NCBI GenBank assembly: GCA_035285585.1
Contig: JAYKGU010000021.1
Coordinates: 3,283-67,282, forward strand
Length of the DNA: 64,000 bases
Direction: 5' to 3'
From: Synechococcales cyanobacterium
GTDB taxonomy: Bacteria > Cyanobacteriota > Cyanobacteriia > CAKZMO01
How positions within the stretch are numbered: the first letter of the stretch is position 1; each line of letters opens with the position of its first letter. Made by a program: the position numbers and the translations under genes. The notes beneath the pieces are model-generated. The model was not told where the DNA came from. It worked only from the letters and a program-made list of their open reading frames with translations, and searched no databases. Of this stretch, positions 40,443 to 50,190 are shown piece by piece.

Positions 40443-41579
40443 ATGACGAGCACCAATCTACCCAAGCCTTCCCACCATCCCCTTGCAGAATATATTTATC
40501 GGTTAGAATCCGGGGCGGCGCTGCTGGATGATTCACCAGCGAACGTCATGGAAGTTGTCGGGGTTCTCAAAAGCTATGGCGTCATCCTGGATGCTTACTC
40601 AAATAACCTGATTTACATCGCCAACGAGCAATTTCTGGTCTTTTTTCCTTTCTTTAAGTATTTCAACGGTGATCTGACGGTTCAGAAGCTGCTACGCCAC
40701 TGGTGGCACGACCGCATTAATTATGAATACGCCGAGTACTGTATGAAAGCGATGCTCTGGCACGGCGGCGGTGGCCTGGAGGATTATGTAAATGATCCCA
40801 AGTTCAAAGCGCTGGTGGAACCACTTATTCAGGCAAAATTTCGCTGGAACTGGCCTTTACGGGGACTCCATCGGGCATTTCCAGAGTTTTTGCCAGAGCA
40901 GATGCGCCAGATGTGCTACTACAGTGCATTAGGTCAGTTTTGGCGGGTAATGAGCGATATTTTTTTGAATCTGTCAGATCAGTATGATTGCGGCAATATT
41001 CAAACCGTTCCCGATGTGGTCGCCCATATTCTTGATGGTCTGGTTGCCGATGCCGCTCGCCCTATTACCTATCAGGTTAGGGTGGGGGGGGAAACCTTCG
41101 AGGTGATTCCCAAATCCGCCGGGTTGACCTTCCTGGCCGACGCAGCAGTTCCCTACGTGGAAGCCGTGTTCTTTAGAGGAACCCCCTTCCCGGGCACCAT
41201 TTCGTACAACGCCCAGGCTTATCAAATTCCCTACTACCAGCAAGATTTTGCCTACGGTGCGCTCTTTGCCGACCCCCTGCCCATTGGCGGCTCGGGCATT
41301 CCCCCCACCCAACTCATGCAGGATATGCGACATTACTTACCTGACTATTTGCACGACATTTACCGGCACACCGGGCGCGGTGAGGATGACCTGCGCGTTA
41401 AGATCTGTGAAAGCTTTCAAAAGTCTATGTTTTGCGTGACCACAGCAGCCATTCAGGGGCTGGCTCCCTACCCGCTTACCACCGATGATCCCCAACAGCG
41501 CCAGGAAAATCGGGTCTACCTGGAAACCTGGATGGATCGGTTTCTAGAGTCACGACTGCGGGCAGTGCAATCCGTATAA
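40443..41579 (+). CDS. CO2 hydration protein CupA/CupB (ChpY/ChpX); size favours CupB/ChpX
   Basis: Follows ndhF-ndhD directly; conserved VVGVLKSYGVILDAYSNNLIYIA...FFPFFKYFNG block; 378 aa. Confidence 0.7.
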   Translation: MTSTNLPKPSHHPLAEYIYRLESGAALLDDSPANVMEVVGVLKSYGVILDAYSNNLIYIANEQFLVFFPFFKYFNGDLTVQKLLRHWWHDRINYEYAEYCMKAMLWHGGGGLEDYVNDPKFKALVEPLIQAKFRWNWPLRGLHRAFPEFLPEQMRQMCYYSALGQFWRVMSDIFLNLSDQYDCGNIQTVPDVVAHILDGLVADAARPITYQVRVGGETFEVIPKSAGLTFLADAAVPYVEAVFFRGTPFPGTISYNAQAYQIPYYQQDFAYGALFADPLPIGGSGIPPTQLMQDMRHYLPDYLHDIYRHTGRGEDDLRVKICESFQKSMFCVTTAAIQGLAPYPLTTDDPQQRQENRVYLETWMDRFLESRLRAVQSV

Positions 41580-41774
41580 TCACGGCATTATCACGGTAGA
41601 GATTTTTGCTCAGGCTCAACGAGCGGTAAAAGATTGGGTGCTAGGATACGGGCAATTTTGGCAGCTTGCTGTAGAGTGGAAGTGCGTTCACGTGCTGTGG
41701 CTGCTTCGCCGCCTTCAGGTTCGATATCTTCCGAATCGTTCAATGCATCTGCACTGATTCGCTAAATCGCTCCT

Positions 41775-44510
41775 ATGTCAGCTTCATCTTCTTTACCCAA
41801 TCATCCGTTGCACGATATGACCAATGCTGACGTGGTGTCAGTCGATGCTGTGGTCGTGAGTACAGGGATGCCGCCAACGGCTGAGGGCAGTCTTGCCAAG
41901 TCTCCGTTAGAGCAATCCATCGAAGCGTCTCCGATCAGCGTGCAGGGTGCAACCGAGGGCTTCTCGTCGGATGGCTCTGCTTTCTCAGGCCCTTCTAGAA
42001 CCGGGGGGACGCTGGCTACCACCCAGGGCAGCTTCGGCTCTTTCCTGGCCCCGTTAACCACCGAAACTTTCAAGCAGGTGGTTAACGATGTCGAGGAAAA
42101 GCTGCACATCGTCAACCAGACCCTGTCGATGCTCGACTCCCTCCTTGACAGCCAGGGGTTCGACGCCATCCTCAACGAGATGCTGCGCTCGATTACTCTG
42201 AAAACTGGGGAGTTGCTCAACGCCGATCGCACCACAATTTATCTTTTAGACGAAGAAAAGAATGAACTGTGGTCCATTCTCGCTAAAAACGAAAAAGGCG
42301 GCAATTTGGAGCTACGGTTTCCCGCCACGATGGGGATTGCTGGAGAATCCGCAACGTTCAAAAAAACAATCAACATTCCCTTCGATTTCTATAGCGACCC
42401 ACGGGCGGAATTTGCTAAGCAAAAAGACTTAGAAACGGGATATCGCACCTACACCATGCTGGTGCTGCCTCTGCTGGACGAGGCAGGGAACCTGGTGGCG
42501 GTGGTGCAGCTAATCAACAAGCTGCGGAAGGAGTATGCGTCCAATGCTTCCCTGGCAGACAAAATTGACCTGGAAGGCTTCAGTCACACTGACGAAGCGC
42601 TCTTTGAAGAATTCGCGCCATCGATTCGCCTGATTCTGGAGTCCTCCCGCTCCTTCTACAAAGCCACCCAGCAGCAGCGGGCCGCCTCAGCCCTGATGAA
42701 GGCCACCAAGGCCCTCAGCCAGAGCAGCCTGGATCTGGAGGAGACCCTGAAGCGGGTGATGGACGAAGCCAAGGAGCTGATGCAGGCCGATCGCAGCACC
42801 CTCTGGCTGGTGGACGAAGACCGGGAAGAGCTGTGGACCAAAATTCCCATTGATGGCGTGCTGCGGGAGATTCGCATTCCCCGGTCGGCGGGGTTTGCCG
42901 GACAGGTTGCTACCACCGGGGAACCGGTGATCATCCCGTTTGACCTGTATGATCACCCCAACGCTGATACCGCCAAAGAAACGGACAAGAAAACCCATTA
43001 CCGCACCTGCAGCATGCTGTGCATGCCCGTGTTTAACGCTGACGGCAACTTAATCGGGGTTACCCAGCTCATCAACAAAAAACGCCAGGGGGATTACCCG
43101 CCCTACGATCCCCAGAAATGGCCAATGCCGCCTGAATGCTGGAAGGCGAGCTTCAATCGCAACGATATGGAGTTCATGAAGGCGTTTAATATCCAGGCGG
43201 GGGTGGCTCTGCAAAACGCCAAGCTGTTCAACACGGTGAAGCAGCAGGAGCAGATGCAGCGGGATATTTTGCGATCGCTCTCTAATGCAGTCCTCTCCAC
43301 TGACCACGAAGGCCGGGTAATTGCCGTCAACCAGAGTGCCTGCCAGTTGCTCAACCTGGAAGATGCTTCCGCAGTCGAAGGGAAGCCAATTGAGACCCTG
43401 ATTAACGTCCAGGAGCGCAGCTTTGCTGAATGCTTCAGTCGGGCGCTCAAGCCAGAGGACGACACAGACCGCCAGCAGTACTATCCCGAACAAACCCTGG
43501 TGTCCAGTGAGATGCTGCACCAGGCGGAACAGCACAGCGTCCACCTCTCCATTAACTCCATTGCTGATGTGGAGGACCCCTCTAACATCTACGGTGCTCT
43601 GATTGTCATGGACGACATCAGCGACGAGAAGCGGCTGAAAAGCACCATGTATCGCTACATGAGCCAGGAGGTGGCCGAGCAGCTCTTGAAGTCTGGCGAG
43701 GCGCGACTGGGGGGCGATCGCAAAGATGTGTCCATCCTGTTCTCCGATATCCGCAGCTTTACCACCATTGCTGAAAGCATGGAGGCGGAGGAACTGGTGA
43801 CCATGCTCAACGAATATTTTGAGTCCATGGTGGACGCCGTTTTCCAGTACAAGGGCACTTTGGATAAATATATCGGTGACGCCATCATGGCGGTGTTTGG
43901 CGCGCCCCTGGCCCTGGAGGATCACGCCTGGCGGGCGGTACAGACGGGGATCGAAATGCGCCACCGGCTGGAGGTGTTTAATCGCGATCGCCAGGCCCAA
44001 AACAAAATTCCCATCACCATCGGGATCGGCATTAACTCTGGCCCAGTCATCAGCGGCAATATCGGCTGCAGCAAGCGGATGGAGTTTACGGCGATCGGCG
44101 ATGGCGTCAACTTAGGTTCTCGTCTGGAGGGGGCGACCAAGCAGTATGGCTGCGACATCGTCATCAGCGAAAGTACTTACCAGCCCTGTGCTGACCTGGT
44201 GTGGGCGCGGGAGCTAGACCGCATCCGGGTGAAGGGCAAGAACGAGCCGGTGGGCATCTACGACTTGATTGCCCTCCGTTCTGAGCCATTGACGGATGCA
44301 ACCCTGCAAAAGATCGAGCGCTATCGCCAGGGGCGGGCCTACTACCTCGACCAGAGGTTTACCAAGGCGATGAACGAGTTTGGCAGCATCCTGGAAGACA
44401 TCGATCGCCACGATAAGCCCTCGGCGGTGCAGCTCAAGCGCTGCCAGCACTGGCTGGAGAATCCGCCCCCGGAAGATTGGGACGGTGTCTGGTCGCTCAC
44501 GGAAAAGTAG
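41775..44510 (+). CDS. Class III adenylate cyclase with tandem GAF domains and a PAS domain (CyaB1/CyaB2-like)
   Basis: Two GAF domains; PAS; CHD catalytic core ILFSDIRSFTTIAE...KYIGDAIMAVFGAP...GINSGPVISGNIG. Confidence 0.85.
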   Translation: MSASSSLPNHPLHDMTNADVVSVDAVVVSTGMPPTAEGSLAKSPLEQSIEASPISVQGATEGFSSDGSAFSGPSRTGGTLATTQGSFGSFLAPLTTETFKQVVNDVEEKLHIVNQTLSMLDSLLDSQGFDAILNEMLRSITLKTGELLNADRTTIYLLDEEKNELWSILAKNEKGGNLELRFPATMGIAGESATFKKTINIPFDFYSDPRAEFAKQKDLETGYRTYTMLVLPLLDEAGNLVAVVQLINKLRKEYASNASLADKIDLEGFSHTDEALFEEFAPSIRLILESSRSFYKATQQQRAASALMKATKALSQSSLDLEETLKRVMDEAKELMQADRSTLWLVDEDREELWTKIPIDGVLREIRIPRSAGFAGQVATTGEPVIIPFDLYDHPNADTAKETDKKTHYRTCSMLCMPVFNADGNLIGVTQLINKKRQGDYPPYDPQKWPMPPECWKASFNRNDMEFMKAFNIQAGVALQNAKLFNTVKQQEQMQRDILRSLSNAVLSTDHEGRVIAVNQSACQLLNLEDASAVEGKPIETLINVQERSFAECFSRALKPEDDTDRQQYYPEQTLVSSEMLHQAEQHSVHLSINSIADVEDPSNIYGALIVMDDISDEKRLKSTMYRYMSQEVAEQLLKSGEARLGGDRKDVSILFSDIRSFTTIAESMEAEELVTMLNEYFESMVDAVFQYKGTLDKYIGDAIMAVFGAPLALEDHAWRAVQTGIEMRHRLEVFNRDRQAQNKIPITIGIGINSGPVISGNIGCSKRMEFTAIGDGVNLGSRLEGATKQYGCDIVISESTYQPCADLVWARELDRIRVKGKNEPVGIYDLIALRSEPLTDATLQKIERYRQGRAYYLDQRFTKAMNEFGSILEDIDRHDKPSAVQLKRCQHWLENPPPEDWDGVWSLTEK

Positions 44511-44572
44511 GGCGCAACGGAGGCGCTCTCTGGAGAAGGGTTAGCCGTTGGACGGGGCGGTTGAGTTTTTAA

Positions 44573-44673
44573 TCCGCAGATTTCGCAGATTTCGCAGATG
44601 GCTACCCATTCCGAACAAACTGCGCCCCCTCCGTACTGATTCTCTATCTGCGTTCATCTGCGGCATCTGCGGA
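44573..44673. repeat. Small MITE-like element with GCAGAT(G/T) heptad terminal inverted repeats
   Basis: CCGCAGATTTCGCAGATTTCGCAGATG ... CTGCGTTCATCTGCGGCATCTGCGG in inverted orientation. Confidence 0.5.
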
Positions 44674-44723
44674 AAGATAACAGGCCCTAATAACAAACCC
44701 CAACCTGTCGGCTGGGGTTGCTT

Positions 44724-44772
44724 TAGCGCTTCTGTATAGCGCTTCTGTATAGCAAGTTCTGTATAGCAGATA
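44724..44772. repeat. Short tandem repeat (~14-nt unit TTCTGTATAGC(G/A), 3-4 copies)
   Basis: gcgcttctgtatagcgcttctgtatagcaagttctgtatagcag read directly. Confidence 0.6.
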
Positions 44773-44941
44773 GAGATATCAAATCGAACCTGTAATTACT
44801 CTACTTTACGAACTGTAAAGAACAGCCAAATTCCCGATAAAGAGTGAATGAAACTCCGTAGATAGCCCGATTTTTCAAGGACTGAGGTACAATCACAGCA
44901 AATCTTGTGTTGATCGGTAAATTACGTGAGGAGCTTGGGTG

Positions 44942-45223
44942 ATGAATAAGGGCGAGTTGGTAGATAAAATTGCCGAAAAAGCTGGGGTAACGAAAAAGCA
45001 GGCTGACGCTATTTTGACCGCAGCGCTGGACAGCATTATGGAGGCCGTTAGCGATGGCGAAAAGGTGACCCTGGTAGGGTTTGGTACCTTTGAACCGCGC
45101 GATCGCCAGGCCAGAGAAGGGCGCAATCCCAAAACGGGTGAGGCGTTGACGATTCCGGCTACCACAGTTCCGGCCTTCAGCGCTGGGAAAGTTTTCAAGG
45201 AAAAAATGACTGAAGCAGAGTAG
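44942..45223 (+). CDS. hup: HU family DNA-binding protein
   Basis: MNKGELVDKIAEKAGVTKKQADAILTA...GFGTFEPRDRQAREGRNPKTGE...; GAGGAG RBS. Confidence 0.85.
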   Translation: MNKGELVDKIAEKAGVTKKQADAILTAALDSIMEAVSDGEKVTLVGFGTFEPRDRQAREGRNPKTGEALTIPATTVPAFSAGKVFKEKMTEAE

Positions 45224-45539
45224 GGGCATCGTCGTGTGGGGAGCCTCAGCGATGGGCTGGCAATGGTTTGAGTTTTGAGTTTGATCGGATTTTGCCTAAA
45301 GATTTACTGTTGATACTCCCGTTATCCTTGGCCCCGCGCTGAGGATTTTTGCGTATGGGGCCAGGGTTGCCTTGGGGGAAGTGCGCTTTTCAGGCTTTGC
45401 AGAAATTTCACGGTGAGTTAAAGTTTGCCCATCGTTGTGGGTTAACTAAAAGTGGCAGGCTTCCCGCTGATGGTTTCAGATCATTGGCTTCTGCACCTTC
45501 GCGCCGGTTTTTCGCTGGCTCTGTCAGCTACCTCGCCCC

Positions 45540-45605
45540 TGGTATAGCCCTACGGGCTAAGGTTTGAGTGTGGAACCCCCGCGTCGCGGGGGTTCCACAC
45601 CTCTT
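45540..45605. repeat. Dispersed repeat family A, inverted copy with a 13-bp stem hairpin (gtgtggaaccccc gcgtcgc gggggttccacac)
   Basis: Read directly; matches 12400-12460. Confidence 0.7.
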
Positions 45606-45643
45606 AAGTGTCCTAACGCGAAAGCGTAACGCTATAACGTGAA

Positions 45644-46594
45644 ATGACCGATCCCCAAATTGCCGCCATTATCTGCACCCACAACCGGGATGCCTATCTG
45701 GGTCAGGCCATCAACAGCCTGCTGGAGCAGGCTACATCGGTAGGGTATGAAATCATTGTGGTGGACAATGCCTCCACCGATGCCACCCGCGAACTGGTGC
45801 ATGCCTACCTGCCCCACCCCCGGCTTCGTTATCTCTATGAGCCTACGGTGGGGCTGTCCGTGGCGCGAAATACTGGGGCAGAGGCCACTGATGCCCCCAT
45901 TCTGGCCTACCTGGACGACGATGCCGTGGCCTCGCCCCGGTGGCTGGACGTTCTCCATCAGGCTTACCAAACTTACGAAAAGCTGGCGATCGCCGGAGGC
46001 AAGGTCACCCTCATCTGGCCGCCCAACATCACTCAGCCACGCTGGATTTCCAGCAACCTGGCGGGCAATTTGGGAGCCTACGACCTGGGCGATCGCCTCC
46101 AGCTAATCACCACCCCCGGCCTCACCCCCAGAGGGCTAAACTACTCGGTGCGGCGATCGTTTCTAGAAAAAATTGGGGGATTCGATACCCATTTGGGCCG
46201 CGTCGGCACCCGCCTGCTGTCCAACGAAGAGCTGCACATGACCGAACGGGCGATCGCCACCGGCTGGCAGGTGGCCTATCTGCCCGATGCCCAGGTGGCC
46301 CACCATGTCGCCCCCGAACGGGTACAGCCAAGCTGGTTTCTGCGACGGAGCTGGTGGCAGGGCATCAGCGAGTGCTACCGCGAGCGGTGCGCCGGACGGG
46401 ATGGCCTGCCCCAATTTCAGCGGGGCGGCGAGCGGCTGCTGCGGGGCCTGTATCGAGCCGTGCGGGAAATGGGCGATCGCGCCCAGTGCTTCGACCATCT
46501 GGTGTATGCCTACGGCCAGCTGGGATACCTTAGCTCGGCTTTGCAGGGACTGTGGTCAAAATCTGAAGCGCAATCTCCTGGGAAAGTGTCCTAA
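45644..46594 (+). CDS. Glycosyltransferase family 2
   Basis: AAIICTHNRDAYLGQAINSLLEQ...YEIIVVDNASTD; DxD-like DDD. Confidence 0.75.
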   Translation: MTDPQIAAIICTHNRDAYLGQAINSLLEQATSVGYEIIVVDNASTDATRELVHAYLPHPRLRYLYEPTVGLSVARNTGAEATDAPILAYLDDDAVASPRWLDVLHQAYQTYEKLAIAGGKVTLIWPPNITQPRWISSNLAGNLGAYDLGDRLQLITTPGLTPRGLNYSVRRSFLEKIGGFDTHLGRVGTRLLSNEELHMTERAIATGWQVAYLPDAQVAHHVAPERVQPSWFLRRSWWQGISECYRERCAGRDGLPQFQRGGERLLRGLYRAVREMGDRAQCFDHLVYAYGQLGYLSSALQGLWSKSEAQSPGKVS

Positions 46595-46668
46595 CTGGTG
46601 CGGCGCATTGCCCCTACGAATTCAAAATTCAAACCAAAATCTAAAATCCAAAATCTAAAATCCAAAAT

Positions 46669-47646
46669 TTGCTGTTATCTTCCCCTAACGCCATGTCGCC
46701 TACTCTCCCCAAAATCCCGGTATCGGTGCTGATTCCCGCCAAGAACGAGGAGGAAAATCTGCCTGCCTGCCTTGAGAGCCTGGCACGGGCCGATGAAATC
46801 TTCATGGTGGATTCCCAAAGTGGCGATCGCTCCGTGGCGATCGCCGAAAGCTATGGGGCCAAAGTCGTGCAGTTCCACTTCAACGGGCGCTGGCCCAAGA
46901 AGAAGAACTGGGCACTGGACACCCTGCCCTTCCGCAATGACTGGGTGCTGATTGTGGACTGCGACGAGCGCATTCCCGCTGAGCTGTGGGAGGAAATTGC
47001 CGTCAAAATCCAGGACCCGACTTACAGCGGCTATTACCTCAACCGTCGGGTGTTCTTCCTGGGCAAGTGGATTCGCTACGGGGGCAAATATCCCGACTGG
47101 AATCTGCGTCTGTTTCGCCACAAGCTGGGTCGCTACGAGAATCTCTGTACCGAAGAAATTCCCAACACAGGAGACAACGAAGTCCACGAGCACGTAATCC
47201 TTCAGGGAGCAGTGGGCTACCTGCAAAACGATATGCTCCATGAGGACTTCCGGGATCTGTTCCACTGGCTGGAGCGCCACAACCGTTACTCCAACTGGGA
47301 GGCGCGAGTTTACTACAACCTGCTGACTGGCATGGGGGACGAAGGCACCATTGGTGCAAATCTGTTTGGCGACGCGGTGCAGCGCAAGCGGTTTCTGAAG
47401 AAAATTTGGGTGCGCCTGCCCTTCAAGCCTATGCTGCGGTTCATTCTGTTCTACATCATTCGGCTGGGCTTTCTGGATGGGCGAGCGGGCTACATCTATG
47501 GTCGTCTGCTGAGTCAGTACGAATACCAGATTGGGGTCAAGCTCTACGAGCTGCGGCAGCTGGGCGGACGGCTGAACCAGGCGGCTCCTTCGCCTCAGAC
47601 GTCTGCGAACCCGCCCATGCAGGCGGATGTTCAGCCTAATACGTGA
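46669..47646 (+). CDS. Glycosyltransferase family 2
   Basis: VSVLIPAKNEEENLPACLESL...IFMVDSQSGDRS. Confidence 0.75.
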   Translation: MLLSSPNAMSPTLPKIPVSVLIPAKNEEENLPACLESLARADEIFMVDSQSGDRSVAIAESYGAKVVQFHFNGRWPKKKNWALDTLPFRNDWVLIVDCDERIPAELWEEIAVKIQDPTYSGYYLNRRVFFLGKWIRYGGKYPDWNLRLFRHKLGRYENLCTEEIPNTGDNEVHEHVILQGAVGYLQNDMLHEDFRDLFHWLERHNRYSNWEARVYYNLLTGMGDEGTIGANLFGDAVQRKRFLKKIWVRLPFKPMLRFILFYIIRLGFLDGRAGYIYGRLLSQYEYQIGVKLYELRQLGGRLNQAAPSPQTSANPPMQADVQPNT

Positions 47647-47695
47647 GGTAGTTTCTAGAAACGTCCATCTTCGATCCAGTCAGTGACGTTTTATC

Positions 47696-47876
47696 AGTCC
47701 GCAGATGACGCAGATGGACGCAGAAGCCCAGGGTGTCATTGGGTACGGACCTCGCCCTCATCCCCCAGCCCCTTCTCCCATTGAGGAAGAAGGGGAGCCA
47801 GAGCGGATCCTTAGCAGCAGATGACCCACCATAGGGAAGACCATTCATCTGCGTCATCTGCGTCATCTGCGGATAG
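47696..47876. repeat. MITE-like element with GCAGATG heptad terminal inverted repeats, enclosing a copy of palindromic repeat family B
   Basis: CCGCAGATGACGCAGATGGACGCAGAAG ... CATCTGCGTCATCTGCGTCATCTGCGG. Confidence 0.5.
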
Positions 47877-47917
47877 GTCGCATACCGCCACAACAAATAG
47901 TCAAACCTTCCCCAGAA

Positions 47918-48595
47918 ATGAATCTCCCGACTCCTGACTCCCGACTCCTGACTCCCGACTCCCCCGCTCCCGAACTAAACGCCCCGCCCCTGGTGGATCT
48001 GCGTCGCTACGACCAGTCGAATTTTGATCGGGGACGTCCTGGTTGGCTGATTCTGCTGTGGTGGTTCGTGCAGGCGATCGCCTTCCCTCTCACCCCCCAT
48101 TCCCTCCACGGCCTGCGGATTGGCCTGCTGCGGCTCTTCGGTGCCCAGATTGGGACGGGAGTCGTCATCCGGCCCACGGCCCGGTTTACCTATCCCTGGA
48201 AGGTGGCGATCGGTGACCATAGCTGGGTGGGGGACGATGTGGTGTTCTACAGCCTGGACTGGATTCACGTCGGGCAGCACTGCGTCATTTCCCAGAAGTG
48301 CTACCTGTGTACGGGAAGTCATGACATTCACGACCCGTGCTTTCGGCTGCAAACCGCCCCCATTCACATCGGCAATGGGGCATGGGTGGCCACCGACTGC
48401 TTTGTGGCTCCAGGGGTCTCGATTGGGGCGAACGCAGTCATTGGGGCCAGGAGCAGCGTCTTCAGCAACATGCCCGCCCAGCAGGTGTGCTGGGGCACCC
48501 CCTGCCGCCCCCACCGTCACCGTGACGTAAAATCTGATGCCGACCGACTGAATGGATGCCATGCCGCCGAAGAACGTGGTGTAATGGGGACGTGA
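47918..48595 (+). CDS. Hexapeptide-repeat acetyltransferase, WcaF-like (colanic-acid-type O-acetyltransferase)
   Basis: N-terminal LRRYDQSNFDRGRPGW; left-handed beta-helix repeats; the N-terminus overlaps a GACTCC tandem repeat, so the true start may lie downstream. Confidence 0.65.
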   Translation: MNLPTPDSRLLTPDSPAPELNAPPLVDLRRYDQSNFDRGRPGWLILLWWFVQAIAFPLTPHSLHGLRIGLLRLFGAQIGTGVVIRPTARFTYPWKVAIGDHSWVGDDVVFYSLDWIHVGQHCVISQKCYLCTGSHDIHDPCFRLQTAPIHIGNGAWVATDCFVAPGVSIGANAVIGARSSVFSNMPAQQVCWGTPCRPHRHRDVKSDADRLNGCHAAEERGVMGT

Positions 48596-48674
48596 ATCCA
48601 GATTGGCTGGTGCGTTGGGCTTGCGCCGCAACACACCCTACGGTGACTTGAATCTAGCAGAAATCGCGTAATCC

Positions 48675-49013
48675 ATGACGAATCCTGCCTCCCATCCACC
48701 CACCCATCCGTCCACCCCACCCAGCCGCCGCTGTGTCCTCGTCTGCCAGCATCGCTCCTGTCAGCGCAACGGCTCGGAGGCGGTATTGGCGGCCTTCAAA
48801 GCGACCCCCGTGGCGAATGTATTTGTCAGCGGTAGTGACTGTACCGGACAGTGCAGCTCAGGGCCAACGGTGCGGGTGATGCCCGATGGCACCTGGTATT
48901 GTCGGGTGAAGCCGGAGGATGTGGTTACCATTGTGGACGAGCACTTAAAGGGCGATCGCCCCGTCCAGTCTCTCCTCCACCCCCGACTGCATCCCCGATT
49001 TGACGCAATGTAG
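48675..49013 (+). CDS. Thioredoxin-like [2Fe-2S] ferredoxin domain protein
   Basis: Cys pattern CQHRSC...C..QC...GP.V (NuoE-like). Confidence 0.55.
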   Translation: MTNPASHPPTHPSTPPSRRCVLVCQHRSCQRNGSEAVLAAFKATPVANVFVSGSDCTGQCSSGPTVRVMPDGTWYCRVKPEDVVTIVDEHLKGDRPVQSLLHPRLHPRFDAM

Positions 49014-49021
49014 GTGCCACC

Positions 49022-49246
49022 GTGACCAAGATCCAGGTGAAAGCCAAGCCCAACTCAAAAGTCCAGGATATCCAGACGGCGGCGGATGGCAGTCTGGTGG
49101 TGCGGCTGAAGTCGCCACCTACGGACGGCAAGGCCAATGCCGAGCTGATTGGGCTGTTAGCAGAACACCTCCAGGTACCCCGGTCGAGTATTCGGATTAA
49201 GACGGGGCTGAATTCGCGGCAAAAGCTGATTGAGGTGGACGATTAG
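49022..49246 (+). CDS. DUF167 (YggU) family protein
   Basis: [46 protein letters not shown]. Confidence 0.6.
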   Translation: MTKIQVKAKPNSKVQDIQTAADGSLVVRLKSPPTDGKANAELIGLLAEHLQVPRSSIRIKTGLNSRQKLIEVDD

Positions 49247-49258
49247 GGAGGGCTAGAC

Positions 49259-49966
49259 GTGCAAGCTGATCCGGTGATCCTTCAGGAGTGGGTGCCGCCA
49301 CTAGAGAGTGGCGATCGCCTCACTCGCCATGAGTTTGAACGCCGCTATCGAGCCATGCCTCAGGTCAAAAAAGCTGAACTCGTTGAAGGAGTTGTCTACG
49401 TGGCTTCCCCGGTTCGCATGATGCGCCACGCTCGGCCCCACGGCAGGGTAATCACCTGGTTGGGAACTTATGAAGCGGCGACGCCAGGGGTAATGGTGGG
49501 GGATAATCCGACAGTGCGGCTGGATTTGGACAACGAACCCCAGCCCGATGCCCTGCTGCGAATTGAGGAAGCCTGTGGTGGGCGATCGCGCATTACCGCA
49601 GATGACTATGTCGAAGGTGCGCCAGAGCTGATTGTGGAGGTGGCGGCTAGCAGCGCCTCCTATGACCTGCATGACAAGCTGACTGCCTATCGCCGCAACG
49701 GAGTGGAGGAATATCTGGTGTGGCTGGTGATGGAAGGGGAGTTTCGCTGGTACGAACTGCGGGAGGGAGCCTATTACCTCCAGTCCGCTATAACTGGGGA
49801 GGCGGTTTATAAAAGTCGGGTCATGCCGGGACTGTGGCTAGATACGAATGCGCTGCTGGCGGGGGAGATGGCGCAGGTGCTAGCAGTGCTCCAGCAGGGA
49901 ATTGATTCTCAGGAACACCAGGATTTTGTCAGGCGGCTGCGGAACTTAGCAGAAGGAACAGCTTGA
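49259..49966 (+). CDS. Uma2-family (DUF820) putative restriction-endonuclease-like protein
   Basis: Typical Uma2 N-terminus (WVPPLESGDRLTRHEFERRY...) and length. Confidence 0.65.
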   Translation: MQADPVILQEWVPPLESGDRLTRHEFERRYRAMPQVKKAELVEGVVYVASPVRMMRHARPHGRVITWLGTYEAATPGVMVGDNPTVRLDLDNEPQPDALLRIEEACGGRSRITADDYVEGAPELIVEVAASSASYDLHDKLTAYRRNGVEEYLVWLVMEGEFRWYELREGAYYLQSAITGEAVYKSRVMPGLWLDTNALLAGEMAQVLAVLQQGIDSQEHQDFVRRLRNLAEGTA

Positions 49967-50171
49967 GCAGATGAATGAGGATGCTCGTGAGGTTGCTCCG
50001 CACGGCCCGCTTTTCGCTGCGCCCCATGTCCGCCAGTTCTTCCGCTAGTAAGTCAATATCCAGGGTGTGGAGCTGGCGCGATCGCAACTTTTCCACCTGC
50101 TGTTCAAGCCACAGGTAATAGTCCTGGTCGTACAGTGACTCAAACGATGACTGGTGGTGCGGGAATAACAT
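49929..50171 (-). pseudogene. DUF29-family fragment (N-terminal ~80 aa only)
   Basis: LYDQDYYLWLEQQVEKLRSRQLHTLDIDLLAEELADMGRSEKRA matches the DUF29 N-terminus; truncated and overlaps the Uma2 gene. Confidence 0.3.
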
Positions 50172-50190
50172 CGGTATCCTTCACTGCTAG

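Noticed and set aside
40443-41579. Definitive assignment as cupA (chpY) versus cupB (chpX), and of ndhF/ndhD as the 3-type versus 4-type
   Set aside because: The paralog pairs are too similar to distinguish by eye. The 378-aa length hints at CupB/ChpX, but phylogeny is needed, so the call is left generic.
43050-44000. 316-aa minus-strand ORF
   Set aside because: Antisense to the adenylate cyclase catalytic domain; no motifs; shadow ORF.
47975-48634. 219-aa minus-strand ORF
   Set aside because: Antisense to the WcaF-like acetyltransferase; no motifs.
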